Assembly (NCBI GenBank): GCA_963555755.3
Contig: OY820905.2
Coordinates: 2,496,001-2,560,000, forward strand
Length of the DNA: 64,000 nucleotides
Direction of reading: 5' to 3'
Source: Nitrospirales bacterium
GTDB taxonomy: Bacteria > Nitrospirota > Nitrospiria > Nitrospirales > UBA8639
In this document: positions 39,353-50,882 of the stretch, piece after piece
Layout: each line of letters opens with the position of its first letter
How positions within the stretch are numbered: position 1 is the stretch's first letter
Notes under the pieces: generated by a model
Seen by the model: only the letters and a program-made list of their open reading frames with translations
Told to the model about the DNA's origin: nothing
Database searches by the model: none
Program-made: the position numbers and the translations under genes

Positions 39353-41126
39353 GGATCAATCGCAATTTTGGTGGAGCCAGGGTACCATCCTTCATGTTCT
39401 TAGCCGTAGATCTTCGCGAGGCGGTAGAGGAAAAAGGGCACCCCTCGGACACCTCGCTGCAGCGCACGGAAATTCTTACTCTTTGCATTACACGATTCAG
39501 CGCTGGCAGTGGTCCGCCGGCCATCAAAGGAGTGCAAGATGGTTGTCTCATGGAGTTTGATCCTCTGCATCGGCGTCTCGCAGGCCGGCAGGATCTCAAT
39601 GGAGGTGTCTAGTTTGGGATCATGCAGAATTTAGGGTTCTGGCAGGACAATACGATCAGGTGCACATAAATTTATGGCACTCCTCGTGGGTTATGTCGCC
39701 TCTCCTTTTGAGCGAATGGCGTCGTCTTGTATTTTTAGGTCGCTGCAGCATCTCATGCTGCCTCTTCCTGGCGTCATAGCCCCTTGGTCCGTGGGAAGAG
39801 GGCACGAGAAGATGGTGCAGCGACACAAGCAAGAAAGCTCACAGGAAGCAACGCCATGGCCAAGAAACTCCATGGGGCCAGAATTGGATGGCGGTAGGAT
39901 AGAACCATAGATTCTGTATGCTCCCTAGTTTGTTGTCCCACTCCTGCAACTTCTCGTGGGCATGGCCTTGCGTCTCACAGTATTCGTAGCTTCCCCGGAA
40001 CATCATGGAGCGGTTGTAGGCTTGCTGTCGCACGGGATACTCGCGGAAGAGCATGGCGCCCCGTTCCTGCTGTGAGGCGGTCCATGTGCTCCTCGCCTTG
40101 ACCCGCAGGTCGCGACTGCTTGCCAGTACCGCCTTGTGGGTATCCCCATTCTCGTAGCGGGGGGCCTGGGAGTGGCTCCCACGTTCCCGAGCCGCTTTGA
40201 CCTGGGCGTTGTCGTCCGTGATCGCCTCCTTGCGCAAGGCCACACGGACTTCCTGGAACGCTTCAGAAACGCGTTGCTGGACCTGGACGCGGTCCTCGAT
40301 CTGCTGCGCATTCGGGAAGCAGACCGTTGCAAGCTGTGCCATACTCGCGTCGAGATCGCGGGTGACGGGCTGGCCCGTCTCTCGTATGGATTCAGGGATC
40401 CGGCGCAAGCCCTCGCTGACGACCTCGGTCTTGGGGCCCTTGACGATGGCAACCAGCGCGCCGTGCTTGCCGTGGCGCGCGTTGTTCGTGAGGACGGTGT
40501 AGCGCTCGCCTTGGCTGCTTGCCACTGCAGCAAGGCGCACGTGCCTCCCCACGTTCTCCGGAAACACGAGCCATGCGGCGGCATGCGTGCGCGCCTCCCA
40601 CGTGGGGACGTCGCTGCGAGGCTCGCGGTAGTGCCGCACAACCCCCGTGGCATCCAGGAAATGAGCCTCGGCAATCGTGGCCCAGGCCCGCGGCTTGTGG
40701 GCAGCCGCGTGCTTTTACAAAAGCCGCACATTCCGTCGCCAGTTGTGTCCCGGGGGCCGGAAGAGCCATGGCGCGCGTCAGAAGCGAGGGCTCGCCCTCC
40801 CCACCTGCCAGCGCCGGCGGCGAAACGTGAGGGAACCGGGTCGGCCCCTGGCGGGACAATCGGTGATGGTGCTGTCCTGGAATCCTTTGGACCAGACGCG
40901 TGGGCCTGGCTGCGCATCCGCCAGCGGAGGGTGATTCTTCTCTTCCAGTACCAAGTGGATCGCGTGGGCCGTCTTCGTGCCTCGACTCAGCTCGAAATAC
41001 TCCACGGGGCCGTCGGGTAAGAAGAAGGCCACCATCTGACGTTCATCGGTGGTGTCCATCCGGTCATGCTCCCTCCTTTCTTCCCCTCACCGTTTACCCC
41101 CACTCCACCAAAAGTGCAACTGATCC
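39353..41126 (-). mobile_element. Degenerate ISL3-family element, copy 2 (inverted; carries the same nested MITE at 39616-39925)
   Basis: Reverse complement of 25030-26801 with scattered SNPs and a 2-bp insertion; same TIRs. Confidence 0.88.
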
Positions 41127-41133
41127 CTTAAGC

Positions 41134-41433
41134 TTATTTGCTGGGACGCGCTTTGCCGGCCATAGCCTTTAATTCTGATCCACATTTAAACGTCACCGTC
41201 TTCGAGGCTTTAATCTTAATGACCTCGCCAGTTCCAGGATTGCGGCCTTTTCTCGCGGGACGGGATTTGATGGTAAAGGTTCCAAACCCAACTAACCGAA
41301 CTTCCCCGTCTTTCTTAATGCCGGTTTCAATCGCGGATAGTACGGCCTGAAGCGCGCGGGTTGCTGCCGCCTTGGACTCTAAACCAGAAGCCTTATTGGA
41401 TACTAGTTGTTCTACGAGACCTTCTTTTCTCAT
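41134..41433 (-). CDS. HU family DNA-binding protein
   Basis: VRLVGFGTFT, RKGRNPGTGEVIKI, VTFK. Confidence 0.93.
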   Translation of the reverse strand: MRKEGLVEQLVSNKASGLESKAAATRALQAVLSAIETGIKKDGEVRLVGFGTFTIKSRPARKGRNPGTGEVIKIKASKTVTFKCGSELKAMAGKARPSK

Positions 41434-41673
41434 AACCCTTTTCCCTCCTTCTAAGGTGAGCCTTTAACAATTGCCGTACAAGATATAGGTTTTTCCAATG
41501 ACTTTTCAAGAAAATTTTGAAAAAAACATTTGGATAAAATGTTTTGCACTCTAGGCAGCGTAGGGGTTTGATGGCGCTGTACATGGCGAATTCCTCATCG
41601 CTTCTGCCTGAGGCTCATTTATCCGCTCTTGACCGTACTGTCACCACGGATGAGTTTTTTGACCATAGGAGCT

Positions 41674-42420
41674 TTACGCCCTGATGCCGTCGATCATGAT
41701 GAAAACCGGGTATTGAAGAAAATGATCCCAGTAGTCCCCTGCCCCGCCCGCTTGAGGATCGGGGGCAAGTGTCAGTTTATGGAATGCGACATCGCGAAAC
41801 CCCGCGTCGTGAAGGGCCGACTCGTACGCCGCAATCGGCAAGTAGTAATTCTCGATCACGATCGATTCGTCGTCTAAGTGGAGGGTAATGACCACTGGAG
41901 CTCCTTCATATGCCGATTCGGGGAACCGGGTCTCGAAGCCGTATTTTCGATAGTCCGGCGGATGAGACTGCCACGTGTACAGTTCAGGGTTGGTGGTTAA
42001 TGTCACGAACCGACCTCCGGTTTTGATGCGCCGCGCCAGTCCGCGACACATGACACCGAGTTCCTCACGATCGTGTGCGTACACCAGCAACCAATTGGAG
42101 ACGGCAAGGTCGAAATCCTGTGGCGGCCCTGTCCCTCGTGCGTCCTCAACCCGGTATTCAATGCCGAGCGGCTTGCGCGCCTCCTGCCAGCGGGCAAGCG
42201 CGATCATTTCTTCGGAAATGTCGATGCCAACAACCTCTGACGCGCCCGCTTTGCGAAGTTTTCGTGTGAGCCATCCTTCCCCGCACGCGACATCGATAAC
42301 ATTCTTACCCGCAAGGTCACCGATCAGATTCATTAACGAAAACAGCTCGACCTGAGTGCGCCACGGCTGCTCTTTGGCTTTCTTGTACTGCTTGGCGATC
42401 TGATTGTAATCCGTCGTCAT
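41674..42420 (-). CDS. Class I SAM-dependent methyltransferase
   Basis: VIDVACGEG, VVGIDISEEMI, FDLAVSNWLL, GGRFV. Confidence 0.88.
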   Translation of the reverse strand: MTTDYNQIAKQYKKAKEQPWRTQVELFSLMNLIGDLAGKNVIDVACGEGWLTRKLRKAGASEVVGIDISEEMIALARWQEARKPLGIEYRVEDARGTGPPQDFDLAVSNWLLVYAHDREELGVMCRGLARRIKTGGRFVTLTTNPELYTWQSHPPDYRKYGFETRFPESAYEGAPVVITLHLDDESIVIENYYLPIAAYESALHDAGFRDVAFHKLTLAPDPQAGGAGDYWDHFLQYPVFIMIDGIRA

Positions 42421-42466
42421 AGTCACCTCGCTCACTGATGGGTGTTGTCAAGTTAACGTGCGGCAA

Positions 42467-42720
42467 GGCGTTGTTACACAATTGGCCAGTGATGTTGGGT
42501 GTCGTGACAATGGCTCATGGCACACCACGCATACACCTTCCGATACCATGTTCGTAATTGGTCCCATTATAATCAGGCCCTCATTGCTCGGGGCGGCATT
42601 ACCTTCTGGATCGATGAAGCCGCACTCCCGACATGGCGAAACACCCAGACTCACAGTGGGTCTGGTGGCCCTAGAATCTACTCGGATACGACAATTCACT
42701 GCACGCGGTGGTGGTCAAGA
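42467..42720 (+). pseudogene. IS5-family (IS903-like) left end and transposase fragment
   Basis: GGCGTTGTT end; YHVRNWSHYNQALIARGGITFW...GGPRIYSDTTI. Confidence 0.8.
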
Positions 42721-42736
42721 GCGTGTCCCGCCTCAG

Positions 42737-43245
42737 GGTGTTGTCAACTTAACTCGTTTTTGCCAGACTGGCGTGATGAAAACCAAAAAGCCCAGCTACC
42801 ACCGCCATCGTTTTCCTTCTGAAATTATTAGCCACGCCGTCTGGTTGTACCATCGTTTCTGCCTCAGTTTCCGTGAAATCGAAGAATTGCTGGCCGAACG
42901 TGGCATCACCGTCACCTATGAAACCGTTCGTCAATGGTGCCGAAAGTTTGGGGCAGCCTATGCGCGGAAATTGAAGAAACGACAAGGTCGTCTCGGTGCT
43001 ACGTGGCATCTTGATGAAGTGTGTGTGTCCATCCAAGGCCAACCGCAGTATCTCTGGCGAGCCGTGGATCAAGACGGCGATACCATTGATATGTTGGTGC
43101 AACGCCGACGTAATACACAAGCAGCGGTGCGTTTCTTCCGCCGCATACTGAAAGACCAAGGTCATGAACGCGTTGGATGATCACCGACAAATTCAAAAGC
43201 TACGGCGTCGCACACCGGGCCGTCATGCCGACCGTCGAACCTATC
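42737..43245 (+). pseudogene. IS6-family element, frameshifted and truncated
   Basis: End GGTGTTGTCAACTTAA (an extra end-like copy sits at 42441); YHRHRFPSEIISHAVWLY..WHLDEV..YLWRAVDQDG. Confidence 0.85.
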
Positions 43246-43264
43246 AAGGTTTGGGGTCGGGTCT

Positions 43265-44733
43265 CAATACTGTTCACTTAGATATCTTCGGTGGTTTGAT
43301 GGATGGTGTCCAGTCAATTTGCGCAACGGGCGGTCTCGGACGTTTGTACGGTGCGTATGGAGAGTTTCGGCGTTTCACCATCCTCGGCTTGATTTTTCCA
43401 CGACTGGATTCACACAACAGTTTCGCCGTCGCCTCAAACAGCAGCCGATACCATGTTTTTTGGCGCTCAGGGGGGAAGGGCCCCAGATTGGGGCAGGGTT
43501 CGACGCACTAACTGCACCGTGGCCGTAAAAGATACCGTGCGGTCAGGGATGTCTGCCTGGGTGGCCCCTTGATACATCAACCAGCGCACGGCGTAGTGGG
43601 CCATCACCCATCCGTAGAACTCTTGACGCACCAACTCTGGCGTTTTACTGCGCAGGACGCGACGACGTTGCCTCAGGTGCGTCTTCAGCTCATCAAACAC
43701 CAATTCCACCTCCCAGCGCTCGTGATACAGTTGAGCCAGGTCCTGGGCGGGTGCGCCTTGGTCATCCAGCAGCGTGGTGACGAGACGGTACAGCGGTTCG
43801 CTATTGGGCCCCTGCGGTAAGACATACTCAATCACCCTGATGGCGATCCCATCAATTCGCTTTCTTCTGGCGCGTTCACTGGGATACAGATGGCTCAGGT
43901 ACGAGCCATCGTCCAACAGCTTGTCAACTGGAAGGATCAAGCTCTTCGGCATGCGCCAGAGTAGTTGCGCTCCGGTCTGAAGGCCGGCCTGCCAATGGGC
44001 GTACCCGACAAAGCCGCGATCGGCCATGCAGAGCATGTCGGGCGTGAGGCGACGCACCAAGGGCGCGGCCACCTCCCATTCGGCCTGCTTATAGGCCCCT
44101 AGTTCGGCATCCAAAATGGCGTGACTGGCACATTCCGTCAAAATGGCGCACTGGGCTTGGGGGTAGCCGGCCTGCCCGGTTCGGCTCCCTGGGTACCCAA
44201 AGACTTGCACATTGGCTTCCTCATCCGGGACCTCAAAGTTGGAGCCATCTATCGCGACGAGTCGGTAGCCTGCAAAAAAGGCGTGGGCATGCTCTGGACG
44301 AGCCAACGGGCGCAAGCAGCGCTGTCCAATGGCTTTCAGCGCCTTCCACGTCAGCCGTGAGCGGGCTTTGCTGATGGCTGATTTGACAACGGTCACGGGA
44401 GCAACGGGTTTGTGGTCTTTCCATGCCAGCCCTTGGGCCACAGCGGCAAACACCGCTTCGTACGCGGCCTCGCTGTATAAGCTCAACGCCATGGTGTAGT
44501 ACACCACGGCAGAAGCGGGAAAGGTGCGGACACGTTCACTGTTACAATGATGTGCGTCAAGTTCTTCGTTGATGATGGCCACCGGAAAGGCACGAGCCAG
44601 TAATCCCGTGCTCAAATAATCCGCCAATCGAGCCCCCGCCCCCAAGCCGACTTTCTTTCTTGCCATGTTGCCTCCTCCCAGATTACGTGTGGAGGCGAAG
44701 TATAACAGATTTTCATCTAAGTGAACAGTATTG
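43265..44733 (-). mobile_element. IS4-family element; transposase 43274-44666 with a +1 frameshift in a G6 run at 43470-43475
   Basis: Perfect 19-bp TIR CAATACTGTTCACTTAGAT; 10-bp TSD GGTCGGGTCT; LVAIDG, MADRG, YHERWEVE. Confidence 0.92.
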
Positions 44734-44850
44734 GGTCGGGTCTTGACTTAATACCTTTTTTCGCTCGAGCCAGCCGTGGCTGGCTTTCCTGAGTCTGGCT
44801 CAACATTCCACCATACCGATTAATTCCACATCATAGGATAGACCAAAAGA
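44734..44850. repeat. Family C repeat (inverted) interrupted by IS4
   Basis: GGTCGGGTCTTGACTTAATACCTTTTTTCGCTCGAGCCAGCCGTGGCTGG; its first bases lie at 43253-43264. Confidence 0.8.
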
Positions 44851-44964
44851 ATAGAAAAGGGTAGAGTAGAGCACTGGTGCTCACCTGGAGCTACTCTCGA
44901 ACGCTTCGACGCACGCGTCTACCACGGACCATAGCAGTCAGGAATTCCCAGCGCCCCCTCATCA

Positions 44965-46960
44965 GTAGGGTCGAGGACTGGCGCGCCAACGGTAGGGTTC
45001 GGTGGCTCCTCCACCCCTTTCGGAATGGGCCTCAGTCCGACTCCCCTGGTCACGGTTCCAGCCCCCGCCACCTCAAACCCGGCGTGCTGATTTCCAGCAC
45101 CGGGCTTTCCTGGATGCTTCACCTCAAGGGTTATGTGACCTATCGGTCTGGAAGTGCTTTCATGCCGACCCGCTGTACCGCACTCGGTAATCTCCATATA
45201 AGCCGAGTACCGTGTAGAGCCAAACCTTACTCCACCTCTTCCAGCCAAAACCTCGACGGTGGCGCACTCGCATCATGTGCCGCCGGACCTTCCGCTCCAC
45301 CCAATCCTTCACGTAGGATAAACACCGACTCGCATGCCCAATCCGAAAGTCGTTCACCCAGCCCCGTACGATCGGATTGATCATCGCGATCATCCGTCCC
45401 ACCGGCTGGGATTGCCCGCGTCGGAACACCTCCTTGAGCTTCCGCAGCAACGCGGTGCGCCGCTTCACCTTCGGTATGTACTGCGGGCGCCACACCCCAC
45501 GTCGCGACCGCACACGCCGGAAGTCAAAGCCCAAGAACCCGAAGCTCCCTCCCTGACTCAGGTCCACGATCCGGCTCTTCTCCTCATTCACCTGAAGGGC
45601 TCATTGGGCCAACGCCTCTCGCCGCTTCCGCTCCGCGACCTGCGCCAGTTGTGCGTGGCGGCGATAGCCATCCACTAACACGACGAGGTCATCCGCAAAC
45701 CGGGCATACTCGAGATACGTATACTGGCCCTGCCGGGTTGTCTCCTTCAGCTGCTCCAGCATCTCATCCACTTCCGTGAGATAGAGGTTGGCCAGCAGCG
45801 GGGAAATCACACCCCCTTGAGGCACCCCACGCGGGCCGGACGCCTTGACGATGAGTTTCACCAGCCGCAGGATCGCGGGATCCTGGATGCGTCGGGCCAC
45901 CTTCGCCAGCAGCCGGTCATGCCGCACCGTGTCGAAGAAGGCCGCCAGATCCACATCAATCACTCGCGTCTTGTTCTGCACCATCGCCTGAGCCACCCGG
46001 CCAATCGCCTGATGGGCTGTTCGTTTCGGTCGATACCCATACGACCCATCACGAAAATCCGCCTCAAAGATCGGTTCCAGCAGGAGCTTGAGCGCTCCCT
46101 GTACCACGCGGTCCCGAATCGCGGGTATCCCTACGACGCGGACTCGTCCACCGCCTTTCGAAATCTCCACGTGCCGGTTCCGCATCGGTCGGTAGGTCTG
46201 CGTGACCAGTTCGTCCCGTAGTCGTGCAAGAAAGGGCTCCACCCCCGTGGCCTCGATGACCGCAAACGTCACCCCATCAATGCCGGGGGCTCCGTTGTTC
46301 TTCTTCGCCATCGCATAGGCCGCGCGTAGCGTCGCCTCTTTGCACACGTGGATGTACAGGCCCCACACCCGCCATCGCTTCTCAGCCTTCGCCTTGACGT
46401 ACAGCCGCTGTCGCAGGTCTTGCAGTGAAATGGACGCCGTTGTCATCTCGTCCCTGCCTCCCATGTTGATCGCAGCCTACAGCCAGTAGGGCTCCTTTGC
46501 TCCACAGGCATTACCCTGTTTCCTCGCTCCTACGAGCCCCTCCGCCACCCTCTCGTCTTCGGCTCACTTCCCAGAGAGCTGGTTATAGAGCCGAAATCTT
46601 CCTCCAGGGATTTCTCCCTGGGACGAGGAGGGCTTCTCCAGTTGCGTCGTCTGTCCTTGCTCCCGTGCTGTCGCTCTCACCCCGCCGGAGTGGCCAGGCG
46701 TCTCAGCCTTGGTTCGCCTGTCCATGCCGTCTTCGTCCTACGGTCAGGGACTCGACCTCCGAGGTTTCATATTTTCGAGGCTACCACTGCGTTCACTTTC
46801 GTTACGGCCCGGGAACTCGCTTACCATCCCCGACGATGGCTTTGTCGATGGGCTTCAGCGTCTCGGTTTCTCTCCACGCTGCCATCCAAGCTACAGGGCT
46901 CAGGCTCTTACCCTGGTGGGCTTGCTTCCCACTGAACAGTCTCGCCTTACCTGGACACAC
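44965..46960 (-). mobile_element. Inner group II intron (twintron) inserted at the 3' end of the outer intron's domain V
   Basis: 5' GTGTGTCC; domain V AAGCCCGGTGCTGGAAATCAGCACGCCGGGTTT; domain VI ends CCCTAC. Confidence 0.85.
45160..46446 (-). pseudogene. ltrA: Group II intron reverse transcriptase/maturase (no endonuclease domain) with an in-frame TGA at 45601
   Basis: GAPGIDG, IPAIRDRVVQ, PQGGVISPLLAN, RFADD, FLGF; the reading frame continues past the stop. Confidence 0.88.
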
Positions 46961-47618
46961 AACCGTGCGTATGGTTTTCCCATACACGGCTTTCCGATGT
47001 TCTTCTTCCAGCGGCATGCGTCTGTCATCAGGCAATAGCCAAATTCAGACTTGGCCTTCTGAGATAGTTTCCTCTGTAGTGTCCTGATCGTGCTCGGGGT
47101 GGTTAGCGCAATGGCAATCCCCTGATCCTCCACTCGTCGGAAACGTGAACAAAGTAGGGTCCCTTCCCTCGGGCCGGGTTGTGTTGTCCCAGGCTCTCCA
47201 ACGGTACGATGAACCCCTCCGACTCCCACGACGGCCCGCAGCGATTTCGGTATCCCTTATACGCCTCAGTTGCTGGTTCTGCGCCAGCACCGTCGCGGGT
47301 CTCCCGTCCTGCACGGTGTCTCTTCCGCCACATGCCATCCCTGCTACCCCGGAAGATCCTGAGGGTGGGTGTTCGTTCTGCTCCCTCAGACAGCGGCCTT
47401 CCCCTTCTGACCACAGGGTCGGCATCTCCAATTCGTTTACGAGGCTACATCTAGGTTCGCTTGCGCTACGGCCTGCGGCTTCGCCCATGGGAAACTTCAA
47501 CCCCTGATTACTCAGACGCCGCTTCCCGGTACTAGAAAGGTGTACGAACAACTCCTTTCGCGGGACTTCAACCCGCGAGACACACCGCCGATGACGGCAT
47601 GCGGTCAGACCCGGTTTT

Positions 47619-47710
47619 TTTGGGAAACTCGGCTAGGAAGGTTTTCTAATCGGTGAAAAAATATGGTGGGTCGTGCAGGGATCGAACCTGTGGCCCGCTG
47701 ATGAAGAGTC
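47619..47710 (-). repeat. Degenerate tRNA-Lys 3' half plus downstream flank (att-like direct repeat)
   Basis: Minus strand GACTCTTCATCAG..GGTTCGATCCCTGCACGACCCACCA; repeated with its flank at 59265-59358. Confidence 0.75.
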
Positions 47711-47991
47711 CGAAAGATACCGATTCTGCGCAACCCAGCGCAACACAAGACACTGATAATTCAGAGGATGATCATGAACCAAGGTAACCTTGGAGTGACT
47801 TGGTGTGCCTACGGTTGGCACCAACTTGGCCCCAAATTAGTTATGGAACCTTAGTCAAACCAATTGGGAAAAACTATCCACCATGCTAATGACCCGGGCG
47901 TCGGCAAATAGTCTTGGAGACTCTAAGATGTACGTGATAGACATGAAAGTAATCATGACTGGAAAGAGCGCCCCGGCAGGCTGAAATATTC

Positions 47992-48136
47992 AAGGGCACC
48001 TCTAAAAACCAGGCATTTTTTGTGAGGGCAAGGAAGCCGCGCGCGGAAAACCGGAGTGTATGGGCGAATACATGAGGATTTGAGCACGCGGCTGACGCCG
48101 CCATCACGGAAAAGGACGGTTTTTAGAGGTGCCCTC
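47992..48136. repeat. MITE-like repeat family B copy 2
   Basis: Reverse complement of 19888-20036. Confidence 0.88.
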
Positions 48137-48582
48137 AAGTATTTCAAGGGAGGTGAATTAAAAGAAGGGACAAGTACATAATGGCCAAATGCGAATGCGT
48201 ATACACTTTTGGACTACGCAACTATGAGTATTTCCATTTTAGCTGGACACTTTTAAACTTACACCTCTGAGGTGGGTTTTAAATAAATTTATAAAAAGAG
48301 GCTTAGGATTCCTAATCACCCTCATTATTAATAAATCGGTGGAACTTTCTCATGAGGTACTTTATTTGGAGTGTTTTATCGGGGTGAAGCATGGGGATAG
48401 CATTGCATTTTCTCTTTAATCCAAGCGTAGCAATTGCTCAGACTTATGGGGTTTTTCATGAATGTGACAGGCACCTTGAGGAAGTTATCCTAGGCTATGG
48501 AATACGAATATAATTTTTTTATTTATTAGCGAGTCTAAAAAATCATGATGGCAAGACCCTCCCAACCAACATCTTTCATCCC

Positions 48583-50184
48583 ATGCCATTACGAGGTGAA
48601 GAGACAATGAAAGGAACTTTTTGTATGAATTCGAATCCGCATATACCATATGGCTGGCCCGCTTGGGCATTATTGGTAATATTCTTGGTTGCTCCATCAT
48701 GCGCAAATGAAACAAGGAGTTGGGAAAGACAGGAAATAAGGAGTTGGGAAAAGAATATCTTCTCCGGAGAGAGAGCATATCAGGAACATCGCTATAAGGA
48801 AGCAGAGGAGCGATTTAAGGAAGCCCTCGAGGAAGCTGAAACTTTTGAAGAACAAGACCCACGTGTGGCTACCAGCCTCAATAATCTCGCAGTTCTATAT
48901 AGTGCCCAAGGGAAGTATGCTGAAGCAGAGCCCCTTCAAAAGCGCGCTCTTATGATTCGAAAGAAGGTGCTAGAACCTAGCCACCCTGACATTGCCCAAG
49001 GCCTAAATAACCTAGCGCTCATTCATCATCACAGGGGCCAATATAGTGAAGCGGAGGTCCTGTATCAGGAGGCCTTGGCCATTTGGGAAAAAACATTGGG
49101 AACCAACCATCAAAGAGTAGCTCTCTGTCTATCTAATTTAGGAGGGGTTTACTATTCCCAAGGCCATTACGCTAAGGCTGAGCCCCTATACCAGCGTGTT
49201 TTGGCAATTCAGAAAAAATCCCTTGGACCAGAAGATCTGCGAGTAGCCACTACTCTCAATAATTTAGCTAAACTTAATGAGGCCTTGGGGAGAAATACAA
49301 AGGTTGCCCTATTATTACAAGAATCCCTTCAGATTCAGGAAGAAACCCTCGGTCCGGAACATCCTGTGGTAGCAACAAACCTGATGAATTTGGGAGACAT
49401 CTACCGTAGACAAAGCCAGTATGACAAAAGCCTCGCCTCCTTTGAACGAAGTTTGGTTATTCGTGAGAAAGTCTTGGGTCCTGAGCATCCTGATGTGGGT
49501 GAAAGCCTGACTGCTCTTGCCCTTCTGCATCAAGAACAGGGTAAATATGCAGAAGCCGGACTTGCCTACGAAAGGGTCTTAACTTTTCAGGAAAAAACCC
49601 TCGGTCCGGAACATCCTGTGGTAGCAACAAACCTGATGAATTTGGGAGACATCTACCATAAACAAAGTCAGTATGACAAAAGCCTCGCCTCCTTTGAACG
49701 AAGTTTGGTTATTCGTGAAAAAGTCTTGGGCCCTGAGCATCCTGATGTGGGTGAAAGCCTGACTGCTCTTGCCCTTCTGCATCAAGAACAGGGTAGATAT
49801 GCAGAAGCCGAACTTGCCTACGAAAGGGCCTTAACTATTCAGGAAAAAACCTTAGGATTCGAGCACCTGGATGTAGCCTCAAGCCTTACTAATTTGGCTT
49901 TTGTTTACCAAGCCCATGGCAAGTATACGGATGCAAGAGAACGCCATCATCAAGCCTTAGCTATTAAGGAAAAAATGTTGGGATCCGAACATTCAGATTT
50001 GATCCCCACCCTCAATCACCTCTCCAGCGTCTACCAAGAACAAGCCCTGGCTATTGCGGAAAAGGTTGAGAAGCAAAAGAATCTGGTAAAAACCAACAAA
50101 TTAAAGAATGAAGACTTTCTGCCAGAAAACCCCCAACTAAGTCCTAACTCTGAAAACCTCGACTCCCAAGGCCAGGGAGTGTAG
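48583..50184 (+). CDS. Exported 42-aa-period TPR protein (kinesin-light-chain-like); start uncertain (48583/48607/48625)
   Basis: Repeated LGPEHPxVAxxLxNLAxxYxxQGxYxxAExLxxRAL units after a hydrophobic signal ending PSC. Confidence 0.9.
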   Translation: MPLRGEETMKGTFCMNSNPHIPYGWPAWALLVIFLVAPSCANETRSWERQEIRSWEKNIFSGERAYQEHRYKEAEERFKEALEEAETFEEQDPRVATSLNNLAVLYSAQGKYAEAEPLQKRALMIRKKVLEPSHPDIAQGLNNLALIHHHRGQYSEAEVLYQEALAIWEKTLGTNHQRVALCLSNLGGVYYSQGHYAKAEPLYQRVLAIQKKSLGPEDLRVATTLNNLAKLNEALGRNTKVALLLQESLQIQEETLGPEHPVVATNLMNLGDIYRRQSQYDKSLASFERSLVIREKVLGPEHPDVGESLTALALLHQEQGKYAEAGLAYERVLTFQEKTLGPEHPVVATNLMNLGDIYHKQSQYDKSLASFERSLVIREKVLGPEHPDVGESLTALALLHQEQGRYAEAELAYERALTIQEKTLGFEHLDVASSLTNLAFVYQAHGKYTDARERHHQALAIKEKMLGSEHSDLIPTLNHLSSVYQEQALAIAEKVEKQKNLVKTNKLKNEDFLPENPQLSPNSENLDSQGQGV

Positions 50185-50882
50185 TCGCCCCTGGCCTTGC
50201 CATACAAGACTTCCCTTATCGATAGCACCCGCCCGAGATGCATCCACACTTTCGGGGCCAGACCAACAAGGTACGAATCGTGTCTGGGCAAACCTTGTTC
50301 TTTTGCAGTTAACCAGGTTGCGATTTCTACCCCATTGCTGATGGAATGTTCTTCAACAGCTGCTAGTTTCTATGTGACCAAGGACTAAGAATCCTGGCGT
50401 CATCCGAACGCCTGGTTTGATCCGGTCTCTGGAAAAGCTGTGGCGGAATTGTAGCAGCGGAGACGGGACTGTGGGGATTGGGATTGTAAAGAGCAGCTGA
50501 TAGCGTATCAGCTTCAGATAAAGAGTCAATTACAAGCAGTTTTTGTAAGGGTTTGATTGCAAACCAGGTTTCCCGTTTCTCAAGAAAAACGAAGTTTTAG
50601 AGGTGCCCTTTAGTCTGTTACGGGAATTCTAGCACAAATTTAGCACACCATTCGTCCATAACAAATTCCTAATTAACCGAAAACCAAAGTCTGAAACAGA
50701 GCTTGTCAATGTGACCGTGAGGCTGCATGAGTTTTTTGACCATACGGGATGTCAATACCTCAAAAGAAGGAGAAGATATCGAGTGCTTATTTCAGCAAAG
50801 TTTTTAGTAGGTACACGAGGCATGTAGGGTGAGAAATTGCGGACATTCCGACAATGTCCAAATAAACTATAACGAGGAAAGC

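Larger units (their letters stand above)
44861..47602 (-). mobile_element. Outer group II intron with the ORF almost entirely deleted
   Basis: 5' GCATGCCG; ORF stub (IRTLQRKLSQKAKSE...); domain V AAGCCGTGTATGGGAAAACCATACGCACGGTT; domain VI resumes after the inner intron and ends CTCTAC. Confidence 0.78.

Noticed and set aside
43274..43469. Stop-codon readthrough in the IS4 transposase
   Set aside because: The conserved C-terminal frame (WYRLLF..PRMVKR) is offset by one base, so this is a homopolymer frameshift rather than an in-frame stop.
45160..46446. The RT as a DGR, retron or CRISPR-associated RT acting on the DUF1566 gene
   Set aside because: It is embedded in a clear group II intron with DV/DVI and a maturase domain.
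47664..47710. Functional tRNA-Lys genes (here and at 59312-59358)
   Set aside because: Only 3' halves with mutated anticodon loops; no D-arm or 5' acceptor strand.
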